Shown here one piece after another: positions 25,313 to 35,269 of a stretch of DNA of 62,275 nt; the stretch's first letter is position 1, and each line of letters starts with the position of its first letter. The stretch lies in IMG/VR virus record IMGVR_UViG_3300045738_000771, positions 1-62,275 of that record. The stretch is one strand, 5' to 3'. The DNA is from a virus. Lineage: Duplodnaviria; Caudoviricetes. Position numbers and translations under genes: made by a program. The notes beneath the pieces were generated by a model, which saw only the letters and a program-made list of their open reading frames with translations, searched no databases and was not told the origin of the DNA.

Positions 25313-27619
25313 TTACTCGCACGTTCCTACTCTCGATTCGTGATGGGTTGTACCGTCACCTACTGGCTGCGTACATCCGCATGGGCTATCACACCCTGTC
25401 TTGCTCACAAATGACCAACTTCCTCCAAACCCTGCACAATCCATCTCGTTATTACAAATCCACTCATAGGTGCAAACCCCGGCTTCACAAGGATCTGCTG
25501 TGGTTGTGGTTGTGGCTGCTGCGGTTGTGGTCGTAGTACACTCATCATCGTCTGAAACGTCCCACTCGCCTCTATCGCTCCCCATGTTACAACACTGACC
25601 CGGTAAGTCACTAACCATCCGAATTATTAACTCACCATCGGGATCTGGGATACAATCTGCGTCGTTCGTAATACACAACTCCGCCCATCTATCTCCATCG
25701 TCCCCATCTGACCAGCAGATCTGTAGCGGGGCAAGTGTGTAAACAATTCCTGCGGCTGCTGACTCAACGTATAACCGAACACAACAGTTTCCGTTGCTTC
25801 CCCCTGAACGAGTAACAAGTATTTGCTGACAAGTATCTTCGTCAATGCCCCCGCCAGCATCCATAGAAACAACTCCGCCAGTATACTCACAGGTCGTAGT
25901 TGTAGTTGTCGTAGTTGTAGTTGTAGTTGTGGTAGTCGTATAACCTTCGGGAGTTGTGGTCGTGGTAGGTTCTATTGTGGTAGTCGTAGTCGGAACATCG
26001 TCACAACAATCTTCTACACAACTGTACTTCCAAGTCGGGCCATAATGATGGCGATATTTAATTAGGTTGTACTTCGTCCGACAGAAATAAATTTTTGTTT
26101 CGTGCCACTTCAAACAGTGCTGTCGTTTTACTTCCGCATAAGAGTCCCCATTGCCTGGAACTGCCGCTTCTGCCTCAACAGTATACAACTCCAACTCAGC
26201 TATATCATTAAGCGAAAAAGTGCCAAACTTCGGGAATGCATAGCACTCAGATATGCACTCCTCGACTGCATGATAATCTATATGTTTACAGCCCCAAGGC
26301 ATGGGTAAAGCAATACGAGCCTCGTGGGTTACTTCAGTAACTTTGCCACTTACTCCAGCACTGCCACCACCTGGGTCTTGTCCCTCACACTCATCAACCT
26401 CCTCTGGTCGATCTACCTGAGAGTCTCCATAGTCGGTCTCCACAGAATCGACCTGAACCACGGCTCCAGTGGCAACATACTGACCACTACAAAGCAAATG
26501 TAATCCTGACGTTCCTGAAGCGTCAGTTAGCGTACTAGAAAAAGACGTTTCCCTAGTCTTCGTCATTGAGGTCTCACAGTCTGGGCCTGTGTCATCAACA
26601 TAATCTTTGTGCGTTACGTGAATAATCGGCATGTAAATCTGCAACCAAGGCTTGTACGAAGGAAAGCCTGTATGGCAGTCAACATTGATCGACTTCTTAA
26701 CCGTGCAATTAAAAGCTGTGTTAGTAGCAGTATCCTTGAGCGTAATCTGAGCAGCTAAAGTCGCCTTCTGGCTTTTCTTTCCCTTAACATGGATCGTACA
26801 GGTCTTGTTGTTCTGCGCGGTAATCTCAATTCCACCATCGACTCCTCCGCCATCATCAGGATTGCCTGTTACTGCCCACTGCACAGAGACGAATTCATAG
26901 ACGTTCGCACCATCCTCATCTTTACAACTCCAAGCGAACTGCAAGTGATACATCTGCTTACCATGACAGCACATCAGGTTATCTGGGCCTGTAATTTTCC
27001 CGCAAAAATTAGCCTTCTCACAATTAGCTATGTCGGGATGAGAACCCGCTGCACCTGAGCCTGTATCATTCCCGCCCTTGTCCTTCTTGGGCTTTGGCCG
27101 CTTGTTATCTTTGCAATAAGTAAAATCTCGCGGGGTGCTTTTCGCAGATACTTTACCAGAAGTGTCGTAAGCCATTACTCGCCAAAAAACTTTATCTCCC
27201 CGACGAATGTCAGTGTAGAGCTTCAGGTGGTAATAAGTTGTGCTTACTTTAGCCGCCCGCAGAGTCGGGCCTTGGAAATTATCGGACTTGCACCACTGAA
27301 CAATATAATAGTCTGCCCCCGTGACAGGATGCCACTCAAATACAGACCCTGACAAAGACTTGTTCTGACCTGTTCCGCCACCTGTGCGATTCAAGCTGAA
27401 GGGGTGAACATCCCAACACTCATTACAACCCTCGCAAGGCGCATAAGGATTAGGTGTATCAAGTCTCCCGTAACTAAACCAGTTCAGGTTAGAGTATAGA
27501 TTTGCTGACGTGTATAGATTCTGACTGACATAAACACACGATCCCGCTGCTCCAAAAATTGGATCTTTGGGAGTGTCTGACTCTACCCAGTTTTTACCGT
27601 CAAATCTAAAGTCCGGCAT
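25313..27619 (-). CDS. large Cys-rich virion protein with FN3-like domain and mucin-like Thr tracts
   Basis: FEWHPVTGADYYIVQ...FWRVMAYD FN3-like segment; poly-Thr runs; follows the distal tail gene. Confidence 0.6.
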   Translation of the reverse strand: MPDFRFDGKNWVESDTPKDPIFGAAGSCVYVSQNLYTSANLYSNLNWFSYGRLDTPNPYAPCEGCNECWDVHPFSLNRTGGGTGQNKSLSGSVFEWHPVTGADYYIVQWCKSDNFQGPTLRAAKVSTTYYHLKLYTDIRRGDKVFWRVMAYDTSGKVSAKSTPRDFTYCKDNKRPKPKKDKGGNDTGSGAAGSHPDIANCEKANFCGKITGPDNLMCCHGKQMYHLQFAWSCKDEDGANVYEFVSVQWAVTGNPDDGGGVDGGIEITAQNNKTCTIHVKGKKSQKATLAAQITLKDTATNTAFNCTVKKSINVDCHTGFPSYKPWLQIYMPIIHVTHKDYVDDTGPDCETSMTKTRETSFSSTLTDASGTSGLHLLCSGQYVATGAVVQVDSVETDYGDSQVDRPEEVDECEGQDPGGGSAGVSGKVTEVTHEARIALPMPWGCKHIDYHAVEECISECYAFPKFGTFSLNDIAELELYTVEAEAAVPGNGDSYAEVKRQHCLKWHETKIYFCRTKYNLIKYRHHYGPTWKYSCVEDCCDDVPTTTTTIEPTTTTTPEGYTTTTTTTTTTTTTTTTCEYTGGVVSMDAGGGIDEDTCQQILVTRSGGSNGNCCVRLYVESAAAGIVYTLAPLQICWSDGDDGDRWAELCITNDADCIPDPDGELIIRMVSDLPGQCCNMGSDRGEWDVSDDDECTTTTTAAATTTTTADPCEAGVCTYEWICNNEMDCAGFGGSWSFVSKTGCDSPCGCTQPVGDGTTHHESRVGTCE

Positions 27620-27634
27620 TACTCTAATCTTTGG

Positions 27635-28057
27635 TTAAGAGGTGGTGAACCCACCGTAACACTTTAGCGATCTATCGCCTGAATCTGTGAAGTGCTGAGT
27701 TGCACACATTACTTGAAAAAACCCACTTACTGAGAACAATCTCCCTTTTACCGTAGGTTGATCCAGTTGGGAAAAATAAACTCGAAACTGTTCACCCCAG
27801 TACCCCAGAAAATCATACAGTACTGGCTGCGTAGTATTGTATTTCCCCCAAAGAGTATAGAACTCATCTGGGCCACAAGCTTCAATGCTCCACTGAATCC
27901 CACCTTCACCGTGAACTATTTGATTAGTTCTTGGCGATTGCACAATTACACAGTTCGCCGTAGCTGTAACCGAATTGCGCTTCTCGGGGATATACGGCTC
28001 ATAACTAAACTGAATAGGTAAATCTGCATTGTCTAGTTGTGCGTAAAGATAAGCCAC
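27635..28057 (-). CDS. putative distal tail protein
   Basis: size and position immediately after the tape measure gene. Confidence 0.45.
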   Translation of the reverse strand: MAYLYAQLDNADLPIQFSYEPYIPEKRNSVTATANCVIVQSPRTNQIVHGEGGIQWSIEACGPDEFYTLWGKYNTTQPVLYDFLGYWGEQFRVYFSQLDQPTVKGRLFSVSGFFQVMCATQHFTDSGDRSLKCYGGFTTS

Positions 28058-31000
28058 TAAATTGTCCCCCGCTTTGCAACAGTTTTTCCCATAGCTCGTC
28101 CTATTTGGCGAGTTACTGCGGCTGCATCTACTCTGTTATTGACAGTCATCGTCAACTTTCGCGAATCATTAAGTTGGCCTACGCCCATAGAAGGAGCAAC
28201 GCCTCCCATAACCCCTGCGGAACCTAATGAGGCACTTCGGATACTTGCGGTCATGCGACCCACGCCCGCTTGAACAACATCTGAATTCATCTGCCAGATG
28301 TCTCGTAATGAGGGACTCGCTCGCATGTCTGGGTGCATCACACTATTCATATCGTGCATGGTCTGGAAAACAGCAGCAAGCATCCTCTGGGACTGCGTTT
28401 CCCACCCTATGAGCCACTGCTCAACCCACAAAAAAGGTGCCTCTAGGAAATCCGCCCCAATCATACCTATCGTCTGCTTAATCGCAGCGCGAGATGCTCG
28501 AACTCTCGTCTCCAATTCATTAAAGGCTACTTGCAACTCCGCCATGCGCTTCTTGGCGTCCTGAGCCAGACCCTCTTCCTGCTGTGCATTTGCAGTACGC
28601 GAAGCGGCTACTCGTTCAGCGTGCTCCACCTCAACTTGCTGCAATCTCATCTCTCTATCTGTAGGAGTAAACTTCCCGCCCCGCGCCCTATGGGCTTGCA
28701 TCTGTTTCAACTTCTCTTCCGCCTTAACCAAATTCCGAGAAGCGTTTAAGGCTCGCGTCTCCTTCATTACTTGGAGCTTGTACATCATCAGGTGGAGCAT
28801 ATAGAGTTCTCGAAGGGTGTTGACCTTCTTTAACATTATCTTCCAAGTTTCCATCTCCAAATCGCGTTCTTTCTCGATCCTCTTGACTGGCTCTCGACCT
28901 CCCTCCACCTTCTTATGAGCCTTCGCCATACGGTCGCGATTCTGCGCCTCTACAAGATCCAACTGCCTCCTGCGTTCTTCTAATGTATCCTTTCTCTGTT
29001 TCGCACTCATGTGTTTAGAAATCTGCAACTCTTTGTCTATTCTACGCTTTGCTTCGACCAACCGCTGCTCATTCTCCAAACGAGTCTGCTTAATAATATC
29101 TCCAGATAACTTGGCTTCCTCTATCTTGCGTTTAGCCGCCATATCCTTTCGCTTATCATCTGCATCCCGAAGAATCTTTGCTTTATCTCGTTCAACCTTA
29201 TCATTATGTTTCTGGCGTAAATCCTCTTCCTCGTCCTGCTGTGCTGTCAGAGCGTCTATCTCATCCTCCATCGCTTTCTTATTTCTTGTCTGAATCTCAG
29301 ACTCATCTTCATCCTGATTGGCTATTTTTATCTTTAATCTCGCCAACCTTAGCTCAAGGAGCTTCTTCTGTGCCTCAAGATCTTGATACCTAGCAAAAAT
29401 AAGTTTGTCGTACTTATCCTTCAAGTCCTCGATCTGCTCGATCTCACCATCCAGACTGCTTGCGTACTCTTTTTCCAATATCTTGCGAAGTGCTGCCAAA
29501 TCTTTTTCGGAATCCTTTAGACTTTTAGTAGCTGCGTCTGAGGCCTCTTTGACTCGAATCATCTCTTCTTCTAATCTAATTGATTCCTCCAACGCAGCAG
29601 CGTTAGTGAGCAAACCTTCCCTTCTATTCCCGTCTTCATCAACAAGAGACTTCAGCGTGTCCTTCTCCTGCTGCAAAGCTTTCTGTCTGGCGGAAAGTAG
29701 AGTTTCCTGATCCTTAGTAACTATCCCCAGCCGCCTCATCTCTGCGATACGTGCCTTTAGATCCTTGACACCTTTCTCCTGCATCGCAATCAGACGCTTC
29801 TGCTGATTAATGTCAATGCCTGCCCGCATATTCCCGTCGTTCATCAACTTAAGAAGCTCTTTTTTCTGCTTCAGATTTGCATTTTCCCCGAGCTTCAGCA
29901 ACTCTGCTACCTTGGCCTTCTTTTCGGCGAGTGCGACCGCTTTCCTAGCACCGAGCAGCTCTGACACATAAGCTTCATCGGTCGCCTTCTTCAACTCTCT
30001 CTTCGCTTTAGCTGCGTCTCTGGCGCGCTCGGCGGATGTCCTCATCCCCTTACCCTTGCCGAATACCCGAAGGAACCTAATCCAACCGTCAGTAAGAATC
30101 GTAACTACCTTGGAGACGATGGCTATACCTGCGGCGAGAAGTAGAATAGGCGCGAGAATAGGCAGTAAAGCTACTGTTAAGAAGGCAATCATTACTCCCG
30201 CCAATATCTTCCAAACTATTGGAGGCATTGCTTTGATAAGCTCGCGCATCGACATGATCGCTTCTTTGACAGCCTTAACTAACCAATCCCAAGCTGGCTT
30301 AAGGACACTCATCAGTATGCCCCCAAACTTCTTAAACACTTCAATCATTGGCACCAAGGCCGACTTGTAAATTGTCTTAAAGAGAGCCGAAAGCTCCTGC
30401 CAGACTGCCTTAACTAGCCCAACAGCCAACGCAAAATAACCCATAGAAGCGATAATTACAGGTATTACTGCCATAATTGCTGGCAGCCCCACACTCCCTA
30501 ACGTGGCGAATAACGCAACGAGTGCGCTAATGGCAGCGGCTAACGATCCAAGCACAATTAGGACGACACCGCTTACTGCTGCAAACGCTCCGATCATTCC
30601 GACGACAGCAGCAATCTTGCCAACCAATTCTTGGTTAGCGTCTACCCAAGCTTGGATTCTGGCAATAAAGTCGCTAATGATCTGTGCCAATCCTGCCAGC
30701 GACCCACCCATAGACTCGAATATCGAGATCATCAACCCTTCAAACTGGGACTTGAGGATGATAAGTCCCCCGATGAAGTTACCCTCCATCTGCTCGTACA
30801 TAGACTTAGCAGTAGTTTCTCCCACCTCCGCAACGGTATCCCACAAATCCGCAAATTCTTTAGGAGCATTTCTGGCCTGCGTCAGCATTACCGCAATTGC
30901 TTTGCCGCCACGAATACCAAAGATCTCAATGATGTCTGCCGCTGACATCGAAGTCATTGCTAGTTTTTCAATGATGTCTCTTGCATCATGAACTTCGGGA

Positions 31001-31815
31001 TTGATGTCTGAAAAAGTCATGCCAAACTTCTTCAAGACTCCGTCCATGTCGTGGCCTTTTTTAGCCAACTGAGTCCAAGCTTGAGCAAGAGATGTACCAG
31101 CGATACTTCCTTTAAGACCTGCATTTCCTAGCAAGCCAATCATGGTGGCAACTTCCTCTACGTTGACTCCCATAACAGCCATGATGGGCGCGGCATACTT
31201 AAATGCTTCACCCATCTGAATAACACTGGTATTAGAGTTGACGGCTGTTCTAGCCATCACATCGACAACTCTAGTGAGAGATGAAGCTCTCAAACCGAAA
31301 GCTGTAACTGCGTCAGAAGCGAAATCTGCGGCCTGACCCAAGTCCATCTTGCCGACAGCCGCTAAATGCAGAGTAGATTCCACAGCCGCTAAAGCCTGAT
31401 TCGTATTAAATCCGGCCATGCCTAGAAATTTAAGAGCTTCGGCTGCCTCATTTGCGGAATATCGAGTAGTTCTACCTAGTTGCTTGGCTTTTGCACTAAG
31501 CTCATCAAACTGTTCGGCAACTTTCTTGCCGCCAGCCTCCTCGATCTTCTTCATGCTGTCAGACATGATGGCCCCGACAGCATCCATAGTGCGCTCGAAT
31601 TTACCTCCCATAATAAGAATTGGAGCGAAGGCCACAGCAATCCCTGCTGCGACCATCATTACTGACATGCCCAGACTTTTCATGGCCGCAGAAGCAGCCA
31701 TAGCTGAGGCGGCAAAGCCTTTTAGAGACGCGCTGCCAGCGGCCATCCCTGCCGCCATGCCAGCCGTGTTAGCTCGGACACTAAAGACTGCCGTTCCTAA
31801 AGATGCACCTGCCAC
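28057..31815 (-). CDS. tail tape measure protein (TP901-like core)
   Basis: AKQLGRTTRYSANEAAEAL..LGMAGF, GLKGSIAGT; hydrophobic repeats; long coiled coil. Confidence 0.93.
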   Translation of the reverse strand: MAGASLGTAVFSVRANTAGMAAGMAAGSASLKGFAASAMAASAAMKSLGMSVMMVAAGIAVAFAPILIMGGKFERTMDAVGAIMSDSMKKIEEAGGKKVAEQFDELSAKAKQLGRTTRYSANEAAEALKFLGMAGFNTNQALAAVESTLHLAAVGKMDLGQAADFASDAVTAFGLRASSLTRVVDVMARTAVNSNTSVIQMGEAFKYAAPIMAVMGVNVEEVATMIGLLGNAGLKGSIAGTSLAQAWTQLAKKGHDMDGVLKKFGMTFSDINPEVHDARDIIEKLAMTSMSAADIIEIFGIRGGKAIAVMLTQARNAPKEFADLWDTVAEVGETTAKSMYEQMEGNFIGGLIILKSQFEGLMISIFESMGGSLAGLAQIISDFIARIQAWVDANQELVGKIAAVVGMIGAFAAVSGVVLIVLGSLAAAISALVALFATLGSVGLPAIMAVIPVIIASMGYFALAVGLVKAVWQELSALFKTIYKSALVPMIEVFKKFGGILMSVLKPAWDWLVKAVKEAIMSMRELIKAMPPIVWKILAGVMIAFLTVALLPILAPILLLAAGIAIVSKVVTILTDGWIRFLRVFGKGKGMRTSAERARDAAKAKRELKKATDEAYVSELLGARKAVALAEKKAKVAELLKLGENANLKQKKELLKLMNDGNMRAGIDINQQKRLIAMQEKGVKDLKARIAEMRRLGIVTKDQETLLSARQKALQQEKDTLKSLVDEDGNRREGLLTNAAALEESIRLEEEMIRVKEASDAATKSLKDSEKDLAALRKILEKEYASSLDGEIEQIEDLKDKYDKLIFARYQDLEAQKKLLELRLARLKIKIANQDEDESEIQTRNKKAMEDEIDALTAQQDEEEDLRQKHNDKVERDKAKILRDADDKRKDMAAKRKIEEAKLSGDIIKQTRLENEQRLVEAKRRIDKELQISKHMSAKQRKDTLEERRRQLDLVEAQNRDRMAKAHKKVEGGREPVKRIEKERDLEMETWKIMLKKVNTLRELYMLHLMMYKLQVMKETRALNASRNLVKAEEKLKQMQAHRARGGKFTPTDREMRLQQVEVEHAERVAASRTANAQQEEGLAQDAKKRMAELQVAFNELETRVRASRAAIKQTIGMIGADFLEAPFLWVEQWLIGWETQSQRMLAAVFQTMHDMNSVMHPDMRASPSLRDIWQMNSDVVQAGVGRMTASIRSASLGSAGVMGGVAPSMGVGQLNDSRKLTMTVNNRVDAAAVTRQIGRAMGKTVAKRGTI

Positions 31816-31818
31816 AAG

Positions 31819-32088
31819 TTACTCCTTAACGTGTCCAAACCCACTGCTGGGGGTTGCGGGCGAGGCCGTCTCACTTCCTAACTGTGGCGGTAAATCCAAA
31901 CTACTGAGAAACCGATCATACTGATTCTTATCGGCATGATTGGCAACTCTAATAATGTCGGCTAAAATCCGCCTGTCAAAAAGCTCCCTCTTGTCGATTT
32001 GTAAAGATAGTTCTTTCACTTGAAAATAAGTTAATTTCATTATCTGCTGCACCGTCCATCCATAGCACGCTGCAAACTTGTGCAACAT
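31819..32088 (-). CDS. tail assembly chaperone C-terminal extension (GT-like, via -1 frameshift)
   Basis: YGWTVQQIMKLT motif; -1 frame is open from the slippery site at 32187-32194. Confidence 0.75.
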   Translation of the reverse strand: MLHKFAACYGWTVQQIMKLTYFQVKELSLQIDKRELFDRRILADIIRVANHADKNQYDRFLSSLDLPPQLGSETASPATPSSGFGHVKE

Positions 32089-32093
32089 TGTTG

Positions 32094-32573
32094 CTATCGA
32101 ACCTTCTTCCGACGACGCTTGTTCGGAATGATCGGGGCTGCGGTCGAAGATGCCGGTGCCGCCGTCGGAACTTGCGGCACCAGTTGAAAAAAAAGGGTTT
32201 TGATCTCATCCCAGTCATGAACTTTCTTCATAGCTGAAACGAGAAGTAACCAGTCCTTAATACCCATCTCCTTAAACTCATCAGCTTCGCGACCTGTGGA
32301 GGATTCCATAATCCCCCGTAGCGCGTGCTGTGCATCACTATCTGCCAAAATCTTTAGTAGCCAGCCCGCACCCTCCATGTCTTTGTCTGAAAGATTCAAT
32401 TTCTCCAAAACATTTTGGGCGTCTCTACCAAAAAGGATTAACTTTTCAAACGAGACTTCGCGTACTCGGACGACCCCCATAGATTTTAGCTCTATCTCTA
32501 GTCCACTATTAATCGTTCGTTCTGCGGTACTGAGGTCTTCTTGGTTTTCAATGTCTTCAATAGTTTTATTCAT
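32094..32573 (-). CDS. tail assembly chaperone (G-like)
   Basis: between tail tube and tape measure; contains the slippery site. Confidence 0.75.
   Translation of the reverse strand: MNKTIEDIENQEDLSTAERTINSGLEIELKSMGVVRVREVSFEKLILFGRDAQNVLEKLNLSDKDMEGAGWLLKILADSDAQHALRGIMESSTGREADEFKEMGIKDWLLLVSAMKKVHDWDEIKTLFFQLVPQVPTAAPASSTAAPIIPNKRRRKKVR
32155..32197 (-). other. programmed -1 ribosomal frameshift signal
   Basis: CTT TTT TTT (T-TTT-TTT heptamer), 5-nt spacer, then 8-bp stem GGTGCCGC/GCGGCACC. Confidence 0.8.
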
Positions 32574-32857
32574 CGTTTTTTACTTTCTTGTATACCGAGA
32601 CTGCTATGAAGTAGATCTCTCAAATTGTTCTGCTTTGCACAAAACTGCTGCGGCTCTACTAAAGTATCGCCGTTAGCATAACAAATCTGTAAAGCAGATA
32701 AATCTTCTTCACTTATCGGCAATCCAAATATGAAAAATATAGTATTACCTTTCTCGCGAGAGCCTTGCACATTCTTTAATTTCACACCCGGCTGGCACCA
32801 AATAAAGGCTGCTTGATTCAAGTCTTTCGTCCGAAAAGAAGTTTCCGGTTTATTCAT
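32570..32857 (-). CDS. DUF5659-like small protein
   Basis: FRTKDLNQAAFI...FFIF...V.P..F pattern. Confidence 0.55.
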   Translation of the reverse strand: MNKPETSFRTKDLNQAAFIWCQPGVKLKNVQGSREKGNTIFFIFGLPISEEDLSALQICYANGDTLVEPQQFCAKQNNLRDLLHSSLGIQESKKR

Positions 32858-32881
32858 CTACTCATCTCTTTTCTGCAAAAA

Positions 32882-33247
32882 CTAAGCTACATCGCCGTAA
32901 GCTATGCTTGCGGTGATCGCGCCTGTCTCTGCGATGTTAGTCAACGCCGAAAGCGTGACATCCATATACTTACTGGCGTACACAAACTCAATCTCAGGAC
33001 TGTCATGGCTACGAGTAGCATCATGGAGTGCCTTGTTGTTTTGCGTCTCAAGTGCAGCATCACCGTTGGTGATGAGGTCTGCACTCTCAGCAGTAATAAA
33101 CTGAGCAAGCGCGTCTGCGAAGACTGCTCGCTGCATCTTGGAGGTGGTCAACTGACTACTGGTATCAGTAATCGTAAACCTCACGATACTCCCACTCGGG
33201 TTCGTCTTGGTAACTGTGAAGTCACCAATAGGATAACTGTGTCCCAT
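32882..33247 (-). CDS. hypothetical structural protein
   Basis: AAGGAG SD; follows the tail tube gene. Confidence 0.55.
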   Translation of the reverse strand: MGHSYPIGDFTVTKTNPSGSIVRFTITDTSSQLTTSKMQRAVFADALAQFITAESADLITNGDAALETQNNKALHDATRSHDSPEIEFVYASKYMDVTLSALTNIAETGAITASIAYGDVA

Positions 33248-33296
33248 TGTAATTCTCCTTACAAAAAATTGGGAACCTTAAAACGCAAAACTACCT

Positions 33297-33782
33297 TTAC
33301 GTGTCAATAATCGTTCCAAAGTTTCCGCTTGAGTCCTTGAGGACTTCAAACTCGACTTCAAACGCCACTTCCTCTTCGCGAGTCATTGCATACTCACGAG
33401 TTCCAAAAGTGATGCACTTGGCGAATGTAAATGTTCGAGTTCCGCAGAGTGGGCCTTTCCCAACTACAGAAATCGCCACTTCATCCACCCAACAAGCATT
33501 GTTATACCCTAACGTCAGGGTGCTTCCGCTGACAAGTTGTGCCAGTGGCAACATAAAGGACTTTCGCACCTCTTCTAACGAAACCTGCAATAGAGTTGTC
33601 GTGACGTACATGCGCTCAAGACTACGGGCTTTCTTAACGACGCCCACAGCTTGATCGGCGATCACCTCGATGAACTCCGGCTCGTAACGAACCGTAACTC
33701 CACCTTTGGTGTAGCCTACATCTACCCCGCCAACACTTACTGTTGCGGCTCCGACAATGATTTTGGTTGCGTCTCCAGCCAT
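33297..33782 (-). CDS. major tail (tube) protein
   Basis: DVGYTKGGV.V.Y motif; position after the tail terminator. Confidence 0.8.
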   Translation of the reverse strand: MAGDATKIIVGAATVSVGGVDVGYTKGGVTVRYEPEFIEVIADQAVGVVKKARSLERMYVTTTLLQVSLEEVRKSFMLPLAQLVSGSTLTLGYNNACWVDEVAISVVGKGPLCGTRTFTFAKCITFGTREYAMTREEEVAFEVEFEVLKDSSGNFGTIIDT

Positions 33783-33796
33783 AACATTGTCTCCAT

Positions 33797-34258
33797 TTAA
33801 CTACAAGATTGATTTACCCAGATCACGTCCAGAATTATCTGAACTGACCATACATCCGTGTCATCATCAAAATACGGTGATTCTCGTTGTCTAAATACGG
33901 TCTGTTGATTACTTATATTGGCATCACTGAAATCATAATAACTCGTATCACTGACTATGGTTTCGTGAACCAGATACTCCAATCTATCTATTATCTTCAA
34001 TGCAGTCAATTCAGAACGAGCGTGAGCTTTCAGCTCCACCTCAGCGTTCTGAATTCTAGTGGTGGCTCCGTCCCCTATCAAGGGAACAGTCATCGGGATA
34101 TTTACCCCTAAAAATGGCGTTCTTTCTTTGACTGTCGGCATATCTCGGGCTATCGAGTAGTTAGACGTGGAATAATCAGTGAGATCGACGATGCTGCCCG
34201 CGCCAGTATCTGCTCGAAGTTTGTCAATTATCGCCTTGTATAAATTCTTGTGTGCCAT
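33797..34258 (-). CDS. tail terminator-like protein
   Basis: size and position in the neck module. Confidence 0.55.
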   Translation of the reverse strand: MAHKNLYKAIIDKLRADTGAGSIVDLTDYSTSNYSIARDMPTVKERTPFLGVNIPMTVPLIGDGATTRIQNAEVELKAHARSELTALKIIDRLEYLVHETIVSDTSYYDFSDANISNQQTVFRQRESPYFDDDTDVWSVQIILDVIWVNQSCS

Positions 34259-34262
34259 GCTA

Positions 34263-34874
34263 TTATATTACAGGGGTTCCTGGGTCATACGGCTTGGGGG
34301 ATATTCTCGGCTTTGCCAATTCTAACTTAAAAGCTACATTCGCCCGCATAATAACTTCTCTCCGAAATGCTTTCTGACCTGCTTCCCACACGGGCATGAT
34401 AAAAGCATGAGGCTTACTACCACTGCTCTCAATAGTCTGGCCGATCTTAATTGCTACTCGCTTCGCATCCTCACCCCGCATACCCATCTTCTTCTTAACG
34501 TATTGCAATAACTTTCTATAGTCCGGCTTGTGTGGCCCTGCACCCTTCTCCACATTCAAAGAGTACTTCACCGAGAGTGCCCCAAAGTCTACGCCATACA
34601 CCGGAGCTTTAATAACTGCCTTTGCAGTAATCTTCTGATGAAGATGTCCCCGAAAGACACTCCGGTTGCCCTTAATTCTAGACTGTATCCAAGGAACCAT
34701 AGTCTTCATGGCTGCTGTATACATCGCCTGTGCAAGTATCGGGCCTGAAGCTGCTCCCAAACGCCTCATGCGTTTAGACATAGCACGCTCAAGCATTCTG
34801 TCCCTCATGCCTGCTATTGCGGCTGGAAACAAACCTCTCACGGTTGCAGAAAATGCTTTTGCTGCTCCTGCCAT
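34263..34874 (-). CDS. HK97 gp10-like neck protein
   Basis: GHLHQKI...YSLNVEKG...KPHAFIMP pattern. Confidence 0.65.
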   Translation of the reverse strand: MAGAAKAFSATVRGLFPAAIAGMRDRMLERAMSKRMRRLGAASGPILAQAMYTAAMKTMVPWIQSRIKGNRSVFRGHLHQKITAKAVIKAPVYGVDFGALSVKYSLNVEKGAGPHKPDYRKLLQYVKKKMGMRGEDAKRVAIKIGQTIESSGSKPHAFIMPVWEAGQKAFRREVIMRANVAFKLELAKPRISPKPYDPGTPVI

Positions 34875-35269
34875 TAATCTGTATCCTCTTTCTCAACTGT
34901 GAGGGTCGTGTGGTGGTATCCACCTGTCCAATCACTCTGCTGACGAACAAAGATAATTCGATAATCCTGACTTGAGGGAATTGGCGCATTCTGAGTTACA
35001 CCGCTTGCCAATCTCAAGAAATCCTGTCTCTGAATATCTGGAGAATACTCCACAAGTACTTTCCACGTTTCACCAGAAGCCTGACCAAAAACCTGAGCCG
35101 ATTCTACGTCAGACATGGCTGTGACCCGCGCCAAACGCTTGGAGTAAATGGACGACTCTGCGCCTTCAGGAATAATCCCACCGGCTCCATCATCTGCGTC
35201 TTCTTTTCGTACTATGTCCACCCTATGAACTAGGCCAATTATGGGTATCCCGCTTTTATTTACCATCAA
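34874..35269 (-). CDS. head-tail adaptor/stopper (SPP1 gp16-like)
   Basis: LVHRVDI...DDGAGG pattern. Confidence 0.65.
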   Translation of the reverse strand: MMVNKSGIPIIGLVHRVDIVRKEDADDGAGGIIPEGAESSIYSKRLARVTAMSDVESAQVFGQASGETWKVLVEYSPDIQRQDFLRLASGVTQNAPIPSSQDYRIIFVRQQSDWTGGYHHTTLTVEKEDTD

